DNA of 64,000 bases from Blasia pusilla (taxonomy: Eukaryota): NCBI GenBank assembly GCA_050084515.1, contig CM114271.1:39432001-39496000 (forward strand). Reading direction: 5' to 3'. A model generated the notes under the pieces. The model was not told the origin of the DNA. It saw only the letters and a program-made list of their open reading frames with translations, and ran no database searches. Each line of letters starts with the position of its first letter. Within the stretch, counting starts at the first letter, position 1. Below, one piece after another: positions 20,366 through 34,402 of the stretch. The position numbers and the translations under genes were made by a program.

Positions 20366-21299
20366 ACGTCAGTCTATCCCCAGTCACACCTCCGGCGCTT
20401 TCAGGCACGGATCAGGCAACTCCTCATTTATACGAACACGCTGTTGCGGCCCGGGATTTTTCGGCGTGGCTAATTTAGCTGTGACTAACTAGGTTGGGTG
20501 AAGGCGCTCGAATTGACGGCAAATTTATCTTCTATAATAAGATTTCCTTTTTATTTTCCATACCATTAAAAAAAATAATTTTTATATCACTCTTTTTTCT
20601 ACGGATCTTACAAGCACCGGTCATTTTTTCTCTTCATTTATCCTATCCTATCCACGAATCCTCACACGAATGTGATTATTAATTTCCCGCCCCCTTATGT
20701 GATTTTGTCTTACGATCCCTATTGCTAAGCATGAGTCCAAGACCACTCCACTACACATCGAAGGAAGAAGGCGGGGAGTGAAGGGCATTTCCCAGCCATT
20801 CCCTCCGCATGAAGTCTTGTGACGAAAAATTGTCTCCCAAAACTCATAGAGCACAACTTATCGACATGGTGATTGGGCCATGTATCGTTACTACAACCGT
20901 TAGATCAGCCGCAACTTTGGAGCTCCACTTAAGGATGCGATATTGAGCAATTTAGGGATGTTGGATCGGAGGAGTTGGGGAATGTTCCATGCCTTCCTAA
21001 ATGAGCACTTGCCTGAAGCTTTTCGTTCGACATACTTGCCTTGCCTTTCTTGATGGTATCCTTCGCCTTGTCACGTCGATCGTGTCGGGTCTTCCTTGTG
21101 GATGGATTCCTTGGTTCCCTTCTATGGAAATATGAACTACTAGCTTATGCCCATGCGATGCATAAATGTATAATTTTAAATTACGCATCCTAAGTATACA
21201 ATTGAATTCGAGTGATCCTATTGGCTTAGACAGCGAGCAATTCTATTGTCTAAAAAGGACATGTGTAAAAAGCAGAGGTAATCTCAAAATGAAGAGGCA

Positions 21300-22400
21300 C
21301 TCTACAATAATACTATAGATTGGTCTTGTTTTCTCTTACCAGTCTTTCTAGTGTATTTTGCCCAATATGCGACACAAACAACAACGCTCTTAAAATGAGC
21401 ATAATTTTTGGCGGCAAGTGATTGTTATCATTCTCATTTCATTATCCATAGTGTTCAATGACGACTTCTCATTTAGTCAACGCTAGAGGAAATGGTTTGG
21501 TTCAAAGAACAAGATATTCATTCCTTTTTTTCGCTCAATGTATAGCTCATGGCAGGTACTTTTGGTTGTTCCTTTTATTACGAGTTTTATTTCGTAGTAT
21601 TAGTGGCGGCATAAGGATTTCTTGCCAAGAATTAGGCTTGTGCCCTTATCAACAACATGATTTGCTTTGGTTCATTGATTTCTTAACCTTCCTAAACATA
21701 TCAAAGTGAAAAAAAAAATTCTTTCACCACATGCCTTATTAGCCATAATAAGCAATGGTGACAAATTTTCCAAAATCTATGTGGATTCTAGTCCCGTTCT
21801 TAATTATATAGGCTATGTACAAGCAATCCTAACTCTAATCCTAACCATAGTATCGAGTAATACTAATTGTGTTTAACTAACTTATCAAGATTGAGCTTTT
21901 GTATTTTGTGTGAGTATCAAATGTGACAGTTTGAGTTTGATGAGCTTGACTATAACTCATTCTTCACTAATAAAAGCCAACCTCTCAATCTATCACGTGC
22001 CCTTGGTTTACGCTCATGGCTCTGGGGTTTTGATTCTAAAAGCCTTTGAAGATCCTCCCCCTTATATATGGTTCTAGAGAAATTCACCACTCCCTTTATT
22101 CAAGGAAGTCCTCTTGGGCCACTTCTTGTGATCCCTAGTCCAAGTTGTTATCCCAATATATCTAAATCTTTAGTGCATTGAAACCGAATTCTCACAATCT
22201 TTCCAACGCCACCTTATTCATTCAGAATGCATCTTCGATATCTCTATTATGACCTTAAGCTCTAACACGCTAGGTTGGACCCACCTTACAATCTAACTCT
22301 TTTGGGACTTGAGCTCTTCTTAATTTCCACTCAATGTTTGATCATGTTATTTTAAGTCACAACCATCATTATTCGAGACATCCCTTAGGGCTCATGTCTT
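21300..22400 (+). mobile_element. Highly degraded CRE-type non-LTR retrotransposon RT fragment
   Basis: ORF 21458-21709 has CIAHGR...SGGIRI versus HLAQGR...GGGIRP in the 52-kb element, followed by ILSPH versus HLSPH. Boundaries approximate. Confidence 0.5.
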
Positions 22401-23350
22401 GCTTTTACAACTTATGTTTCCCTTACTAGATTTCAATGCATTTCTGTCATAGTGGAATTCCACTAGAGCTTGATTTTCTATGTTGACACGAGTTTGGTTA
22501 TAAGAGTTGTGACACAAGAAGTAAGAGTTATAATATAGCTACCACTTAACATGTTGATTGGATTGTTGGCTACTAATGCCACACATTTTTGTATAGGTCA
22601 TGATTTCCGTACGTAGCTCCATCTACGCGGACATGCAAGAAAATAGAATCATGTGGATTAAGTATCTCTAGGTAGATTAAGAGCACCTCCTCTTGTTGTG
22701 GCTAGATCAATATATAAGCACTTCAATGTGATGGTCGTGTTTGATCAACTTCAAATTACTAGTAGCGTGAAGTGAAGTTCTCCAAATCCTCCGTTGCAGC
22801 TACAGATCTAAAGCCCGATCAATTCCCATAGAGTTGATGATGATCGATAGCAATGGGTAGCATTACTACCACAAGTCACTACGGGGAATGGCGATGATAG
22901 TTACGCGTGCAACTCACGAATGTAAGGAGACTCTATGAAGAAGTCCTTCGACCTCATCCACGATGTGATAAATCGCATGGAGCTGCCTCCTCGTGATGGC
23001 ACCGTTGGGTTGTCCGATTTCGACTGCCACTTTGGCATCAACAAAATCCTTATCTTTGATCAATTCGAAGCTGAGAAGCTTGAAGATGATGTATGGGTCT
23101 AAATCCATATTTCAGCAAATCGGGTCTAAAAGCATAGTCCAGTCATATGTTGAGAAGTTTTTTGGCCTATCTATGTAGCACCAAGTCCCAATAGAAACTC
23201 ATCGTCTGGCATTAAACCAACCTCTCCAAACTTCTATCCCAATCTTCTCAAAGACAAATTCTTGCCAATGTCAACGTTTAAGGAAGAAAGCAACACCTTT
23301 GAAAGAAAACTAGACGCTAGTGGTGGAATTTATAGAGAGAGAGAGAGAGA

Positions 23351-24836
23351 CTGTACTCATTAAGTAGTGCCTGTCGTAGCCTTGCGACCATAGACCCCGC
23401 GCCCTGGTTGGACGGTGCTTGAGACTGGGATGGGTGTAGAGAGAGAAGCAAGTGAAGAAGGTACCATATGAGAGGAGGGAGACACTCTCATATAGTGTGA
23501 GTGCTGACCAAACAACGTGTTTGTGCGGAGCTTCCAAGTGTCAACCAAGAAGCTCTTCACCACACCATCTACTTTACCTGATTGGGATCCCCAATAGACA
23601 TTACTTACCAAAGGTCAGTGACTTTGGGCAATGAATCAAGGCTCTTGAATGTGTTGAACAATTCTCGTGCTACCACTTAGCAATATCAAGATATGCTCTT
23701 GCTCTGTGTGTTGTGAATTTTGCACAGGAGACCAAGTAATGACTAGAGGTTTCGTCCCCATCGTCACACAAGGCGCAAGAGTTTAGTTGTGTTCCCATCC
23801 TGCTTTTCTTATGGTTCAAGGGGATTGCCATGTCCTGAACTTGAACTTGAGTCGGGTTCCCAAGCAAGGGGTTCCCCGTAAATAGTTCTTCATTCGCCCT
23901 CTCGGGATATACCGTCAAAAGAGAGAGGTCGACATTTTCATGGCTTCCTCCGTCTTTGTTTCTGCTGTGAGCGTTTGCCCATTGCTTTGGTTATGGTATC
24001 CACGAATGCTTTCTCATCTTGCTCCCCGAGTTCAGAGGCCCTGGGAGCTTGGATGCTTGCACAATCTCTTGAACCTTTTTGTCCAAGATTTGGCGTGTTT
24101 TACGGGTCTTCTTTGGGTCCGGTTTTCCCAATCACCTCTTTAGGATAGCGATGGGAGTCCATTGTCTCCAGCTGCCTCCGCCATTTCAACTTGGCGATGT
24201 CACGTCTATCCTCCAAGGGTTCCAGACCTGTTCGATCTCACACCAACGCTGGTTGTTTGTGATGAAGTTGACATCATACCCCAAACGCCTTCACCGCAGA
24301 GCTTCAAGCCTATACCTTTGTTTGGTGTTGGCATCCCACACTTCTCGCCCGTATTCAGCAAGGGACTAATGGTATGCAAAATGACACAGCGCTTTTACGA
24401 TGTGATGTCCCGGCTTTGTAGGAATCGGGATGGACCGTTCACCTTCTTGTGGCCTTTCTCAGTAGTCTTCTTAATGTGTGCATCCCACATGCAATCTTCT
24501 GATAATTCTATGCCCAGATAGGTGTAGGTAGCCACACGGGGGATCTCTTGGTCACCCCAGTACCACTATTGGTCTTGGTCCTCCTCCTTGCCATTGAAAA
24601 TCATCACACCGCACTTCAGTACATTTGCCTCCATGCCCCACATGTCACACCAGATTTTGGTCAGGGAGATCATCTCTTGGAGTTTCTCTCCTGTTTTCCT
24701 CGAGGCCATCAAAGTCATCAGCAAACATCAGGGCAACAATAGAGTTTTTGCCCACCCGTATGCCTAGTCCACTATCCTCCATTTCTTCCAATAGGGAATT
24801 CACGAAAATGTTGAAGAGGGTGGGGGAGAGCGGGCA

Positions 24837-24839
<3 letters not shown>
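23351..24839 (-). mobile_element. 5'-truncated LINE (RT C-terminal half + CCHC + 3' UTR) flanked on both sides by (CT)n
   Basis: GCPLSPTLFNIFVN...ALMFADD, KCGVMIF, YTYLGI and CALCDDGDETSSHYLVSC, with frameshifts. AG/GA tracts lie at 23334-23350 and 24840-24889. Confidence 0.88.

Positions 24840-24889
<50 letters not shown>
24840..24889. repeat. (GA)25 microsatellite
   Basis: Seen directly. Confidence 0.98.
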
Positions 24890-24892
<3 letters not shown>

Positions 24893-25680
24893 TATTGACC
24901 TCCTCCACGACGCCCACTCCTGTAGGCCGGAGTTGCCCACTTCCTATCCTTCGCACCTCTCCTACCGCAATGATGCAATGAGGTCAATCTCAATGTCCTC
25001 CAATCGTGCTAGATGCAAAAAGCTTGATATTCTTCTATGCAAACTGTGCTCTAAGATGATCAAGCACAATCTAACTATGGACGAAATAGAGCTAAATGCC
25101 CTCAAATTGCACTCACGCCAGCGCAGAGAAGAGAAGTAATGTAGGCGCAAACCAAGACGACGTTGATCGAAGTGTGGGAGTTTGTTCTTTTTAAATAGCA
25201 GACTTGCCCTTTGTATCCAATACACTAAACCCATGCCTTAGTGCCCTAAACCCCAAATCTTGAATGACCCTTCCTTAAAGGAAAAGATTATAAGGTTTAA
25301 TTACCTAAGTTGTGTTCTATTAGCTTCCACTTATATAGTTTCTTTGGCTTCTCATGCATATCCTTTCATCCATTGAACGTATACCCGGAAATGTAGCATG
25401 TAACATATACTTCTAGAAAAGTAATACAAATATGGATTTTGTGCTCAAAGTAAAAAATCCTTTCGTGATTTCAAATTGGTATTGGAATTAAGTAATAGTT
25501 GGTCCTTCCACCCCGATCCAAAACCCTTCCCCCCTCTCTAAGTTTACACTAGTCACTAATTGTGACTAAACTATCTTGTGAGTGATTCACAAGTCAATTG
25601 ATCAGTTCCAGTGTAACTTAGTGTAATTCAAATGACTCTTAATAACACAAGTCACAAACATATGGGTTTAAAATGGCCCG

Positions 25681-25693
25681 TTTTCTACTAGTG
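25681..25693. mobile_element. CACTA-like terminal sequence (reverse complement CACTAGTAGAAAA); partner end not found
   Basis: ttttctactagtg resembles the termini of plant CACTA elements. Confidence 0.35.
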
Positions 25694-25959
25694 AATTTTT
25701 TGTGCACTTGCCGCCCTATCACCTAGGAAGAGAAGAACATGCAATAAACCTCTTTTGAACCAACATCGCACATTATAACATTCTAACCATGCTAAATTGG
25801 CATTAAAGCACATTATATGAAGCGACTATATGTAGACATACCCCAACTATCATTTATGGGTTTGGAGAGACAAGGGGCAATGAAAGGCTAATAGTCACTA
25901 TGCTGCGACTGTACACTCGCCCCAAAAAATTTTCATGACCCATCAGAAAATATTGAGTC

Positions 25960-27300
25960 AGAACCTTCTCTCGCTGGAACTATTGGATATGAAAGGGATG
26001 ATATGGTCCTCCATCCTATCATGACATGGAAACATGTAATCAAAATAGAGTTTCATTTGCACATGGAATTCCAAAGCACCAAATTCTATAGAACTACAAG
26101 TTACTAATGCCACTCTCATATCGATCTTATGATATTCTAAAATTTGAGACTTGAAGATAACATGTAAATTATCCAAGGTCCCAAATGTTACACTTTTTCT
26201 TCTCCACGATGGGCCATAAGGGGACCACCCCATTATTCTTGACTTCACATTGGCTGAGAAGATTATGTGTATGGAGCCCATTGGGCTTGAGTGCCTAATT
26301 GTAAAGATGATTGGGTATTCCCCATCCATTGATGTTCTACATATCTTTGTTGTGACCAAGGCATGCCACCAACCTATTGTTGTTGAGTAAAAGGCCATAA
26401 TCATGTTTAAGAAATGAGACGTAAGGTGTGGTTCATTTGGGATAACTCTATTGCTCCACATAAATCAAAGTAAGCATAGATAAAAAAATTTGGCCTTAGA
26501 TATTTATAAGTAAAATGTCCAAGAAATTTGATCGTTTTATTGGAACCCCCGATTTGAAAGTACCCTACATGTATTAATACCCGATTACCCTAAACATGTG
26601 TTTGAGCAGAATGCCTCTCTAGTAAAAAGATATCAAGACCAAGGTGTTTGCTACTAAGGGATGTTGCAAATAATGGATAGGTACTTTTATGGGAGGAGCG
26701 CCTCCTAGATGGCGACACCCAAAATAGTGACATATGTCTCTAAAGTACCCTATTTTTTCTTACTCATTTTCTTCCTACTTTCAAAAACAAATTTAGAGGA
26801 AAAAGGAAGGTGCTCGTGCATAGCACATACACTTATGGGTAGCTTACTAGTTTTATTTAGAACAAATCTCTTTTGAGGATCAAATATAGGTGACTTTGAG
26901 AGGAAATTACTGGGAAGGTGGAGTGACTTAGAGCGTTCCAAAAAATTACCGCCAGAAGTTCAACAGAGCCTAATAGGCATGATTTTAATGGATTAGCAAG
27001 ATAATCCAAACTCTTTATGAGACACAAAGTAGGAAAATAAATATGCAAGCTTTTGACATTTCTAAAATTTTCTTTAAGGCCTTTTATCATTTTTTTGGGT
27101 GTTATAAACATCAATTTAATGTGCTTTCATCCATGACATCCACCATTAAACTAGTTTGCATTATCACATAATAGGTTTGAGTCAAAACTTTTGACATGTA
27201 GACAAAGCCTTCATATATGGCACGTCTATATTTGTTGAGCTTATTGGGCACATTTAATCTAGAACTTTTCAAGTAATTTGTTTCTTTGAAAATATTCAAT
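25960..27300 (-). mobile_element. Possible degraded hAT-like transposase relic
   Basis: SLMVDVMDEST resembles the hAT DESTD motif. The rest is fragmented ORFs. Confidence 0.3.
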
Positions 27301-29848
27301 GGACGAATTTTCAGGTCAAATTTTCGTTACAAATTTTTTCCCCAAAAAATAGAAACAATTGGTGGAAAATCTCTGCTGCCAAAATTTATTACCAAAACAA
27401 TCCCTCCCATCAATTTTTTCCACAAAAAACTCTTATAAAAAAACCTACCAGAAAGTTGTGCAAATCATATTTGAGTCTTCGGAAATTTCTTGCCGATAGC
27501 AACTAGCCAAAAATAATCCAACTCATCAAATTTTGAGTGTTGGTTGAAAAAAAATCACATGATATTTATACAATTTTAAGTTCCTTTTCAAGAATTTATG
27601 CTCATAATCTATTTTCCATTGCTTGAATTTCATGTTCCATTATCATTTTCATCTCCCTCATACTTACTGCATCACAAGAGCATCAACTGGCTAATTTGAC
27701 TAGATGAAAAGATTCAAATTAAAGAAAAGTTGTTTACATTTAAAAATTTACACTTTGATGAAATAAACAAATTATACTAATTACATTTCTTACCAATTAG
27801 AGTTATTTATCTTAATTTTATCATCTTCAAAATCCTAAGTTTTCAAATTTTGAAGCGATCACTTTTTTTTCTTAAATTGCATCTATTTCTATTTACTCTA
27901 CTTGTTTCTATACAAATTCTGTTAAAAGACATATTTTGGAATCTCCCATTGGGCATGTCAATACATAATGGTATGGTATAAACACATCCAAATGCCCTAA
28001 TCTCTATAATCAATAATTGTTATCTTACACATGTTGTGTATAAAGTGTAATCATCTCCACTCATGTGAAAATTCAAATCCATTTCTTTCTATATTTTTAA
28101 TGAGCTAGTTCTCATTATATGACATGATTGCATTTTTTTTTGCCCAAATAAAAGTCTATTATCTATCCAAATGGCACTGGTCAAACATTAGAGATGTTAA
28201 GGAAATCATAAAGGTAGTTTCACAGTAGAAACAAAACTTCCTAATTCTAAATAGCTAGCTCAGAATAGTGCCTCGATTCTCCCATGACCTTTATCTAAAC
28301 TAAATACGTCAGCCTAAAAATAATATTCAATCAATCCACCATCCGCCAAGAAGCAAAGAATGATTGGTTATGGACTTATATGACACATAACCCATTCTCT
28401 AGCTTTTGGTCCTAACTTAACATACCATTTATCATGTAGGTCATAAGTTCTCAATTATGCAGTCTTATCTCTCATTGAGATTGGAGTAAACCCTTTTTCT
28501 AACTTAAATTTAATTCCCTAACCATTCAATTCTTATATATTGCTGCCCTTATTGCTATGCAAGACATAAAAGTGCAATGGAGAATGCCTTTTGTGTCCCA
28601 CATTTAGTTTTCCCTAATACATCCTTATCTTTGGTCGAGGCCAAAGTCAACTTGCAAATAACTTAATTATCATATATTGTTTTCATGGTCGTTGCGATGC
28701 ATGAAAAGTATGACATCAAACATAATTCAATGAAATGAGAATTTAAATGAAAATATGTATACATGTGTCTTAATGAGCAAATAAAATAACAATGGCATTG
28801 AATTGTTTTACATTCCTTAATGCCTAATATTCATAATGTTGTAGATTAACCATTTAGGGTTAATTTAACTCTCTTGTCAAGAGAATTATTTTCCCTCTTT
28901 TCTTAAAGGTGAGTTTTATGAAATGATAAATGTGAGAGCATATCAAACTAGAATAGTTATCTCTTTTTCATTATAAATTGTTATGCCTCATACTTAGAAA
29001 CAAAATGACCACAATGAGAAGACCTTTAAATCCATTAAATTTTTGTTGGACATGTTTATATAATATAAATTAAATTATCATTTTTTTGCTTGTAGAGTCA
29101 TTGCACAATTCAATGAGGATTTCACTTATATTAATTTTATTTTGTTTTTTGGAGGTACACGAAATATTCGACTATAGATATGATCTTGAAGATGACTACC
29201 AACTTATTAATGAACATTGTATCACAAAGATCTATGACCTCAACCAAGATCAAGGAGTAATTTTCAAATATGTTTATTGATATGATTCTATTCCTTCATA
29301 ATCAAGGAAATCTGAGCAAAGATCAATGGCATTTTCTTGTAGTTCACATGAATGAAAGATCTAATATGACTATACTGTATGATCCAAATATATTAAAGAA
29401 ATTTTCTTAAATGGATGAGTAAAAACGTAGAAGAGTGAAAAAATGAAACTCCACCGAATATGAGTTCAAGTGAAGTTTCATCAACCAAAAAAAATCCAAG
29501 AAGCAAAGTATGCTCCCGACAAGTTGTTGCAAGATAACCAAACAAAAAAGAAAGTCAAGAGACATAAATGAGAATACTACATAATCATTGAATCAGATTT
29601 CCTTTATTCAAGTTTTGAAGGGAAAAAGTGAGAAAAAAGCCCAACAAGAAGAAAAAAAGAAGAAGGTAATGATTGTCTCAAACACTCAAACTTGGTCCCA
29701 TTGAGCTTAAATTAGAGAGAGAAAAGACACGTGGAAAATCATCAATAATCCCTACTTTAAAAAAGAAGTATGTTTGATGTATCTTAAGTTTTATCATCGC
29801 TAAAGTAAGTATGTATATTACAAAACTTTTTGAACAAAGTTGCTCGTA

Positions 29849-31050
29849 CTAATTCATCCGAGATAGACCTTCTCCTCTCAACGGCACTTTTACGTTGTGA
29901 TTGAATAATTTGGCATTCATCCTCGCATCCACTTGATTGATGTTTTTTAGTAGGGGCTTCGCATGTAGAATGATAAAATTATGCAAAACTTCATATGCAA
30001 GCGTTACTTTAGAAATAATTTCTAGAGACATTTGAAAATTGCGTAGAAATGCCCATCTTTCTTTCAAATGACTATTTTTTTTTTCTTCTATTGTCATTCT
30101 TATCTTTGATATATGTTCATCAAATCTATTTTCCAATGGATTGCCTTGATATAGATGTCGATGGAAAAACTTCAATAACCATGATCGTAGGGGATAGGCG
30201 ATCTTCACAAGTACCTTGGGCAGATTGAATTGAACCTCTTCATGTTCAAGTGACAATGATTTTTAGTTGAGAAAGGATATGTTTCTCTTCACTGTATTGA
30301 TACATTGTGGATTGCCTTAAATGTGCAACATGATGAGAGCATGCGTGTTTGGTACATTGTCAACATAAGTCCCAAAACTTCAAATTGAGATCATATATCT
30401 TGGAGAAGCATTGAATAATTAGAATGATGATTCCTATAATGCTTTGGAAAATATTTCCTAGCATATTTGAATTTAAGTTTTATGTGAGATCCACCTATGG
30501 CTCCTATGATTTATGAAATTTTACTTATGCGCTTATATTTATGTATTTATTCAATCTTTCATCAAATGTTGACCATCCAATATATTTGGGGTATAATTTA
30601 TATATACTTGTTAGAATTTTAGTGTTTAGAGATGTGTATTTGATATTTTTTTATTGTCCAATCCCATATAAGTCACTCAAGATTTGGAATGATAGATTGT
30701 AGGCAAATCAATAAATAACGATCGAATATATTTTGTTATCTCAACTCTTTTTTTTGTTGCTCTCTCTCACGTTGGCATAGGTGACATGAATGGTTCAATC
30801 ATATCTAGAAGGTTTTGAAAATTTTCAAAAAAAAATTAGATATCGATTTTTCATGTGATTGTAAAAAGCTCGTAATTATAACTAAAAATCTCCTTATGAA
30901 TGATCTCTCACTATATGAATTGTTTAGGTATCACCAGAACCTCTCTTCCTCCACTTGATTGATTTTGATGCCACTTTCAATTACGAAATAGAATATGAAT
31001 AAATTTTAAATATCAACTTCATCATCTTTCGTGCTGCCTATCATAAAATT
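29849..31050 (-). mobile_element. PIF/Harbinger transposase pseudogene
   Basis: IIGAIGGSHI at about 30485-30512 (compare IGAIDGSHI), and the C-terminal motifs HLKERWAFL...AYEVLHNFII. Many stops. Confidence 0.75.
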
Positions 31051-31799
31051 AACGAATTCGATTTTGCTAAACACTCCTCCTTGAAAAAACCATGCATAAA
31101 ATAACTCAAAAGCATCCATAATTACATCTAAAATAATCTCAATAAAACCTCCTTATTCTTCAACTTTCTCAATATATATGTCAAAATTAATTTTTCAAAT
31201 AAAACAAAGAAAGCAAAAAAAACACTCCATGATCCCCTAGAATGTGATGTGACTCTCCAAAATGATCTCTGATTTGTGTGTCTACCCAAAATCTATTCCC
31301 TCCTTTCCTCAACCTGGGACTTTAAAGAGGGTTGAAAATAGAAAAATTGTTGGAACATTTGTGTGGCTACATTGCTTCAACTTGGGATGGAGCCGAGAAA
31401 GGGTGAACCATCCTTCTATGAAATGCCAAAAGTGATGCACTCCCAATTTTAGGTTGGAATAGATATATTTTTCAATTTATGCAAAATTTCCATCAGTTAG
31501 TTGTCAAAATTTGTGGCTATGAAGAAGAAAAAAAAAAGATACGCCATGCTCATTACGGCCTCTACATATAGGCCTCCTCATAAATACTGGCTAGGGGCAG
31601 ATCCACGTCACAGATTTCCACTCTCAAAGAGCACGCCATCGACCTCAGCACTGTTTCTACGTGGCATATGGTGAAAAGTGACCCTCCTAGGGTTCTCAAC
31701 AGACGACACTACTTTGGTAGTCGCACTTAGTGGTTGATTAGGCCTGAGTTGAATCTCTTGACAAAACAACAAAACTATGCGCAGTCGACTATGTAATTT

Positions 31800-34402
31800 C
31801 ACTCGAGTGCAACAGCTTCCTAAACTTGCATAGCTACTCCTTGTGATTACTGCTGGTCATGTACGCCTTACGTCTTACGATTGAGCCTGTCAAGAGTTGT
31901 TGACCTTATCGAATCTGGCAGAAGTTGTCAAGTTCATTCGTGTGATATAGAGTCCGATGATTTCAACTCCAACCGACTATCCCCACAAACACGATAAGCT
32001 TTGTCATTAATCTTATCCCACCTTGAGCTTGAGCAACATTTCTTTTCCGTCTTTTTTCATATCTGCTTCGAACTTGGCATTTCGCATTCGGCTTCCTCCC
32101 CGGCGAGATAAAGTTATTGTGACATTGACCCAACAACACTCAATGAAGAGCAATAGAACCTATTCCACAAACTTAGACAAATAGATTATGGTATAGTAAT
32201 CCTCTCAGGTGCCCCAGGCTATGGGAAGTCCTACTTCATAAAATTCATGTACAAGTTGTGGTCTTCCTAAAACATGTCGCGCCCCTACTCTCCTTGAACG
32301 TCAATTTTTAGTGTTGCGGAAGCGTACGTTCAGTAGGTCACAATCTCATCGCCGATCTACACCCAAACATGCACTCTTGTTAGTCGGGTCTGGGCCAACC
32401 AGCGTTCCAACCTACCGAGTTCTCAACTCGGCGTCTCATCAAGCTCAACCTTCCTTAGTTCCTTGGAAGTCTATTCCAAGACTTGGAATAGACTTCCTGG
32501 TTAGTCCAGGGATCTGAAACGACACTCGCGCGCCTAGCGATCCCAACTGTTCAACGGACCTCGTGTGAGTTCCAAACCGAGACCCAAGTAATTGAGTCGC
32601 GGGGTGAAATCCAAGAGGGATATCTAAAATCACCTTAATAGACTTGGTGCAGGTTTTCCAACCCAACCCCCAAACTCGCGTTCCGTTCCATGCCCTTGAG
32701 CCGCCTCGCGGTGCCCAAAGTGGGGTTCGGGTTCCAAGCACTCTCGGAGACCTTCCCTTTACTAGTACTTCTGGGGTTCTCCAATAACCCCCCCCCCCCT
32801 TTGGAAAAGGAGGGTCGGGCCCTTCATTGTGGCCCTCAACCCGACTCTACTTACAGTCGTTTCCGGATTGTTTCTCAGCCGCTGCTAAAGCGTTTGCAAA
32901 GACCTTTAGTGCGTTTGAAGTGGCTTTCCATAAGCTTTCTAACGCACCCTTATTTAATCCAAACGCATCTTGGCGCTAAAAGTTATGGCCATAAATACAG
33001 TCGGAAACTCTCAAACGCTAGTGGCGTTCCAAATCCGGATTCTTCCTTTGACAACCCACTTCCTAGACTCGACTTCTTTCAAGTCTCATTCCACGTTTGG
33101 TCCATGTTTCTCGGTCGCGACCACAACATGTGAAACGCGAAGCCTCGCTCGCATCTCGTCTCTTGTCTCCTCTCCGAGACTACTCCAACGCGCAAACCAT
33201 CTTAGCGTGAGCCCGCTAATGTTCCGATGTTCTGCTTGGCACTCGTTTGGTCATGAGGGGACAAAACATGTCTCCACTCCTTGCTGCAAAAACGGGAATT
33301 GATGCCGTTCGGCTCCATGAACATGAGATAACACTCCACTCAGCTTTTGCTATTTCTATTCGTGATGATCTACCAATAATCATGCCACTACTAATTCATA
33401 CACTAGACTTAGATCTGCCCAAGTGATTGTAATTGATGAATTCACTATGCTAACGTGCAAGCTACTGCAAATTATAGCCATGCATATTCATGAGGTTTCC
33501 CATTCTCACATTACAAAGCCATTTGCTGGTAAATTATTCGTGCTAGTTGGAGATCCATGCCAGCTACCACCTATAAGAAGCCATAAGACTTCAACATATT
33601 GCACAGGCTGTCACATAAACTCATCATCACTACTTAAATCTACTATATCATTTGAATTGGTATCACCTATGCGGCACTCAGAGGATCCTTCTTTCAATAA
33701 GTTTTTGAATTCAATAAGAACCAAGTTGCCTTCTGAATCCCATATACTTCAGTGCCTAGGACCTTGCTTTGTTTTTGAGAATGAGGCAATGGATTATGAA
33801 TCATCGGATACAACCATTATTTGCACACACTGCGAAGACGTATCAGTGTTTAACCTTGTTGCATTAAAGCAAATTTTTGGAGATGCTTCAATTGTGAAAG
33901 TTGATATACTTACTAATGCACCGGCCTCATCTCAGTTCACTTCATTGGTAAATGATTCTTCATTCCACTAGCTGACCTTTGTTGCTAAGCATTGCAAAGT
34001 TATGCTTACATCTAACATCAATTTGAAACTTTAAGCAACCAATGGCTCAGTTGGATATATAACTGATCTTCTTTATGAGGATGATGTACTGGTCAAAATT
34101 ATTGTCAAGCTTGATTCTAATGGCAGATCTATCCTATTACTAGAACCAACTTTGCTACATTGAGGTATGACTCAAACCAGAAGTACACTAAGAGAACATT
34201 TCCTATAGTATTAGGTTACGCAATGATAGCTCATAAAAGCCAGGGATCTACAATAGTTGGTCCATGCTTGCTTGTCATTAGATCTATTTTTGCTTGTGGG
34301 CTATCATATCTTATGCTATCTCGTGTTAGGTCAAGGAGTCAACTACAGATACTAGGTAAACTTGAGCCTTCTGATTTCTCTTTTCTTGGTCAGTTCTCTT
34401 AA
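31800..34402 (+). pseudogene. PIF1-type SF1B helicase, probably Helitron RepHel C-terminus, interrupted by a solo LTR
   Basis: Walker A ILSGAPGYGKSY (about 32200-32235), IVIDEFTML, PFAGKLFVLVGDPCQLPPI, MRHSEDPSF, FPIVLGYAMIAHKSQGST and YLMLSRVRS, with in-frame stops and frameshifts. Confidence 0.85.
32275..33263. mobile_element. Solo LTR, 989 bp, with 5-bp target site duplication (TSD) AAACA
   Basis: Begins TGTC and ends GACA; AAACA at 32270-32274 and 33264-33268. It splits the helicase just after Walker A. Confidence 0.88.
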
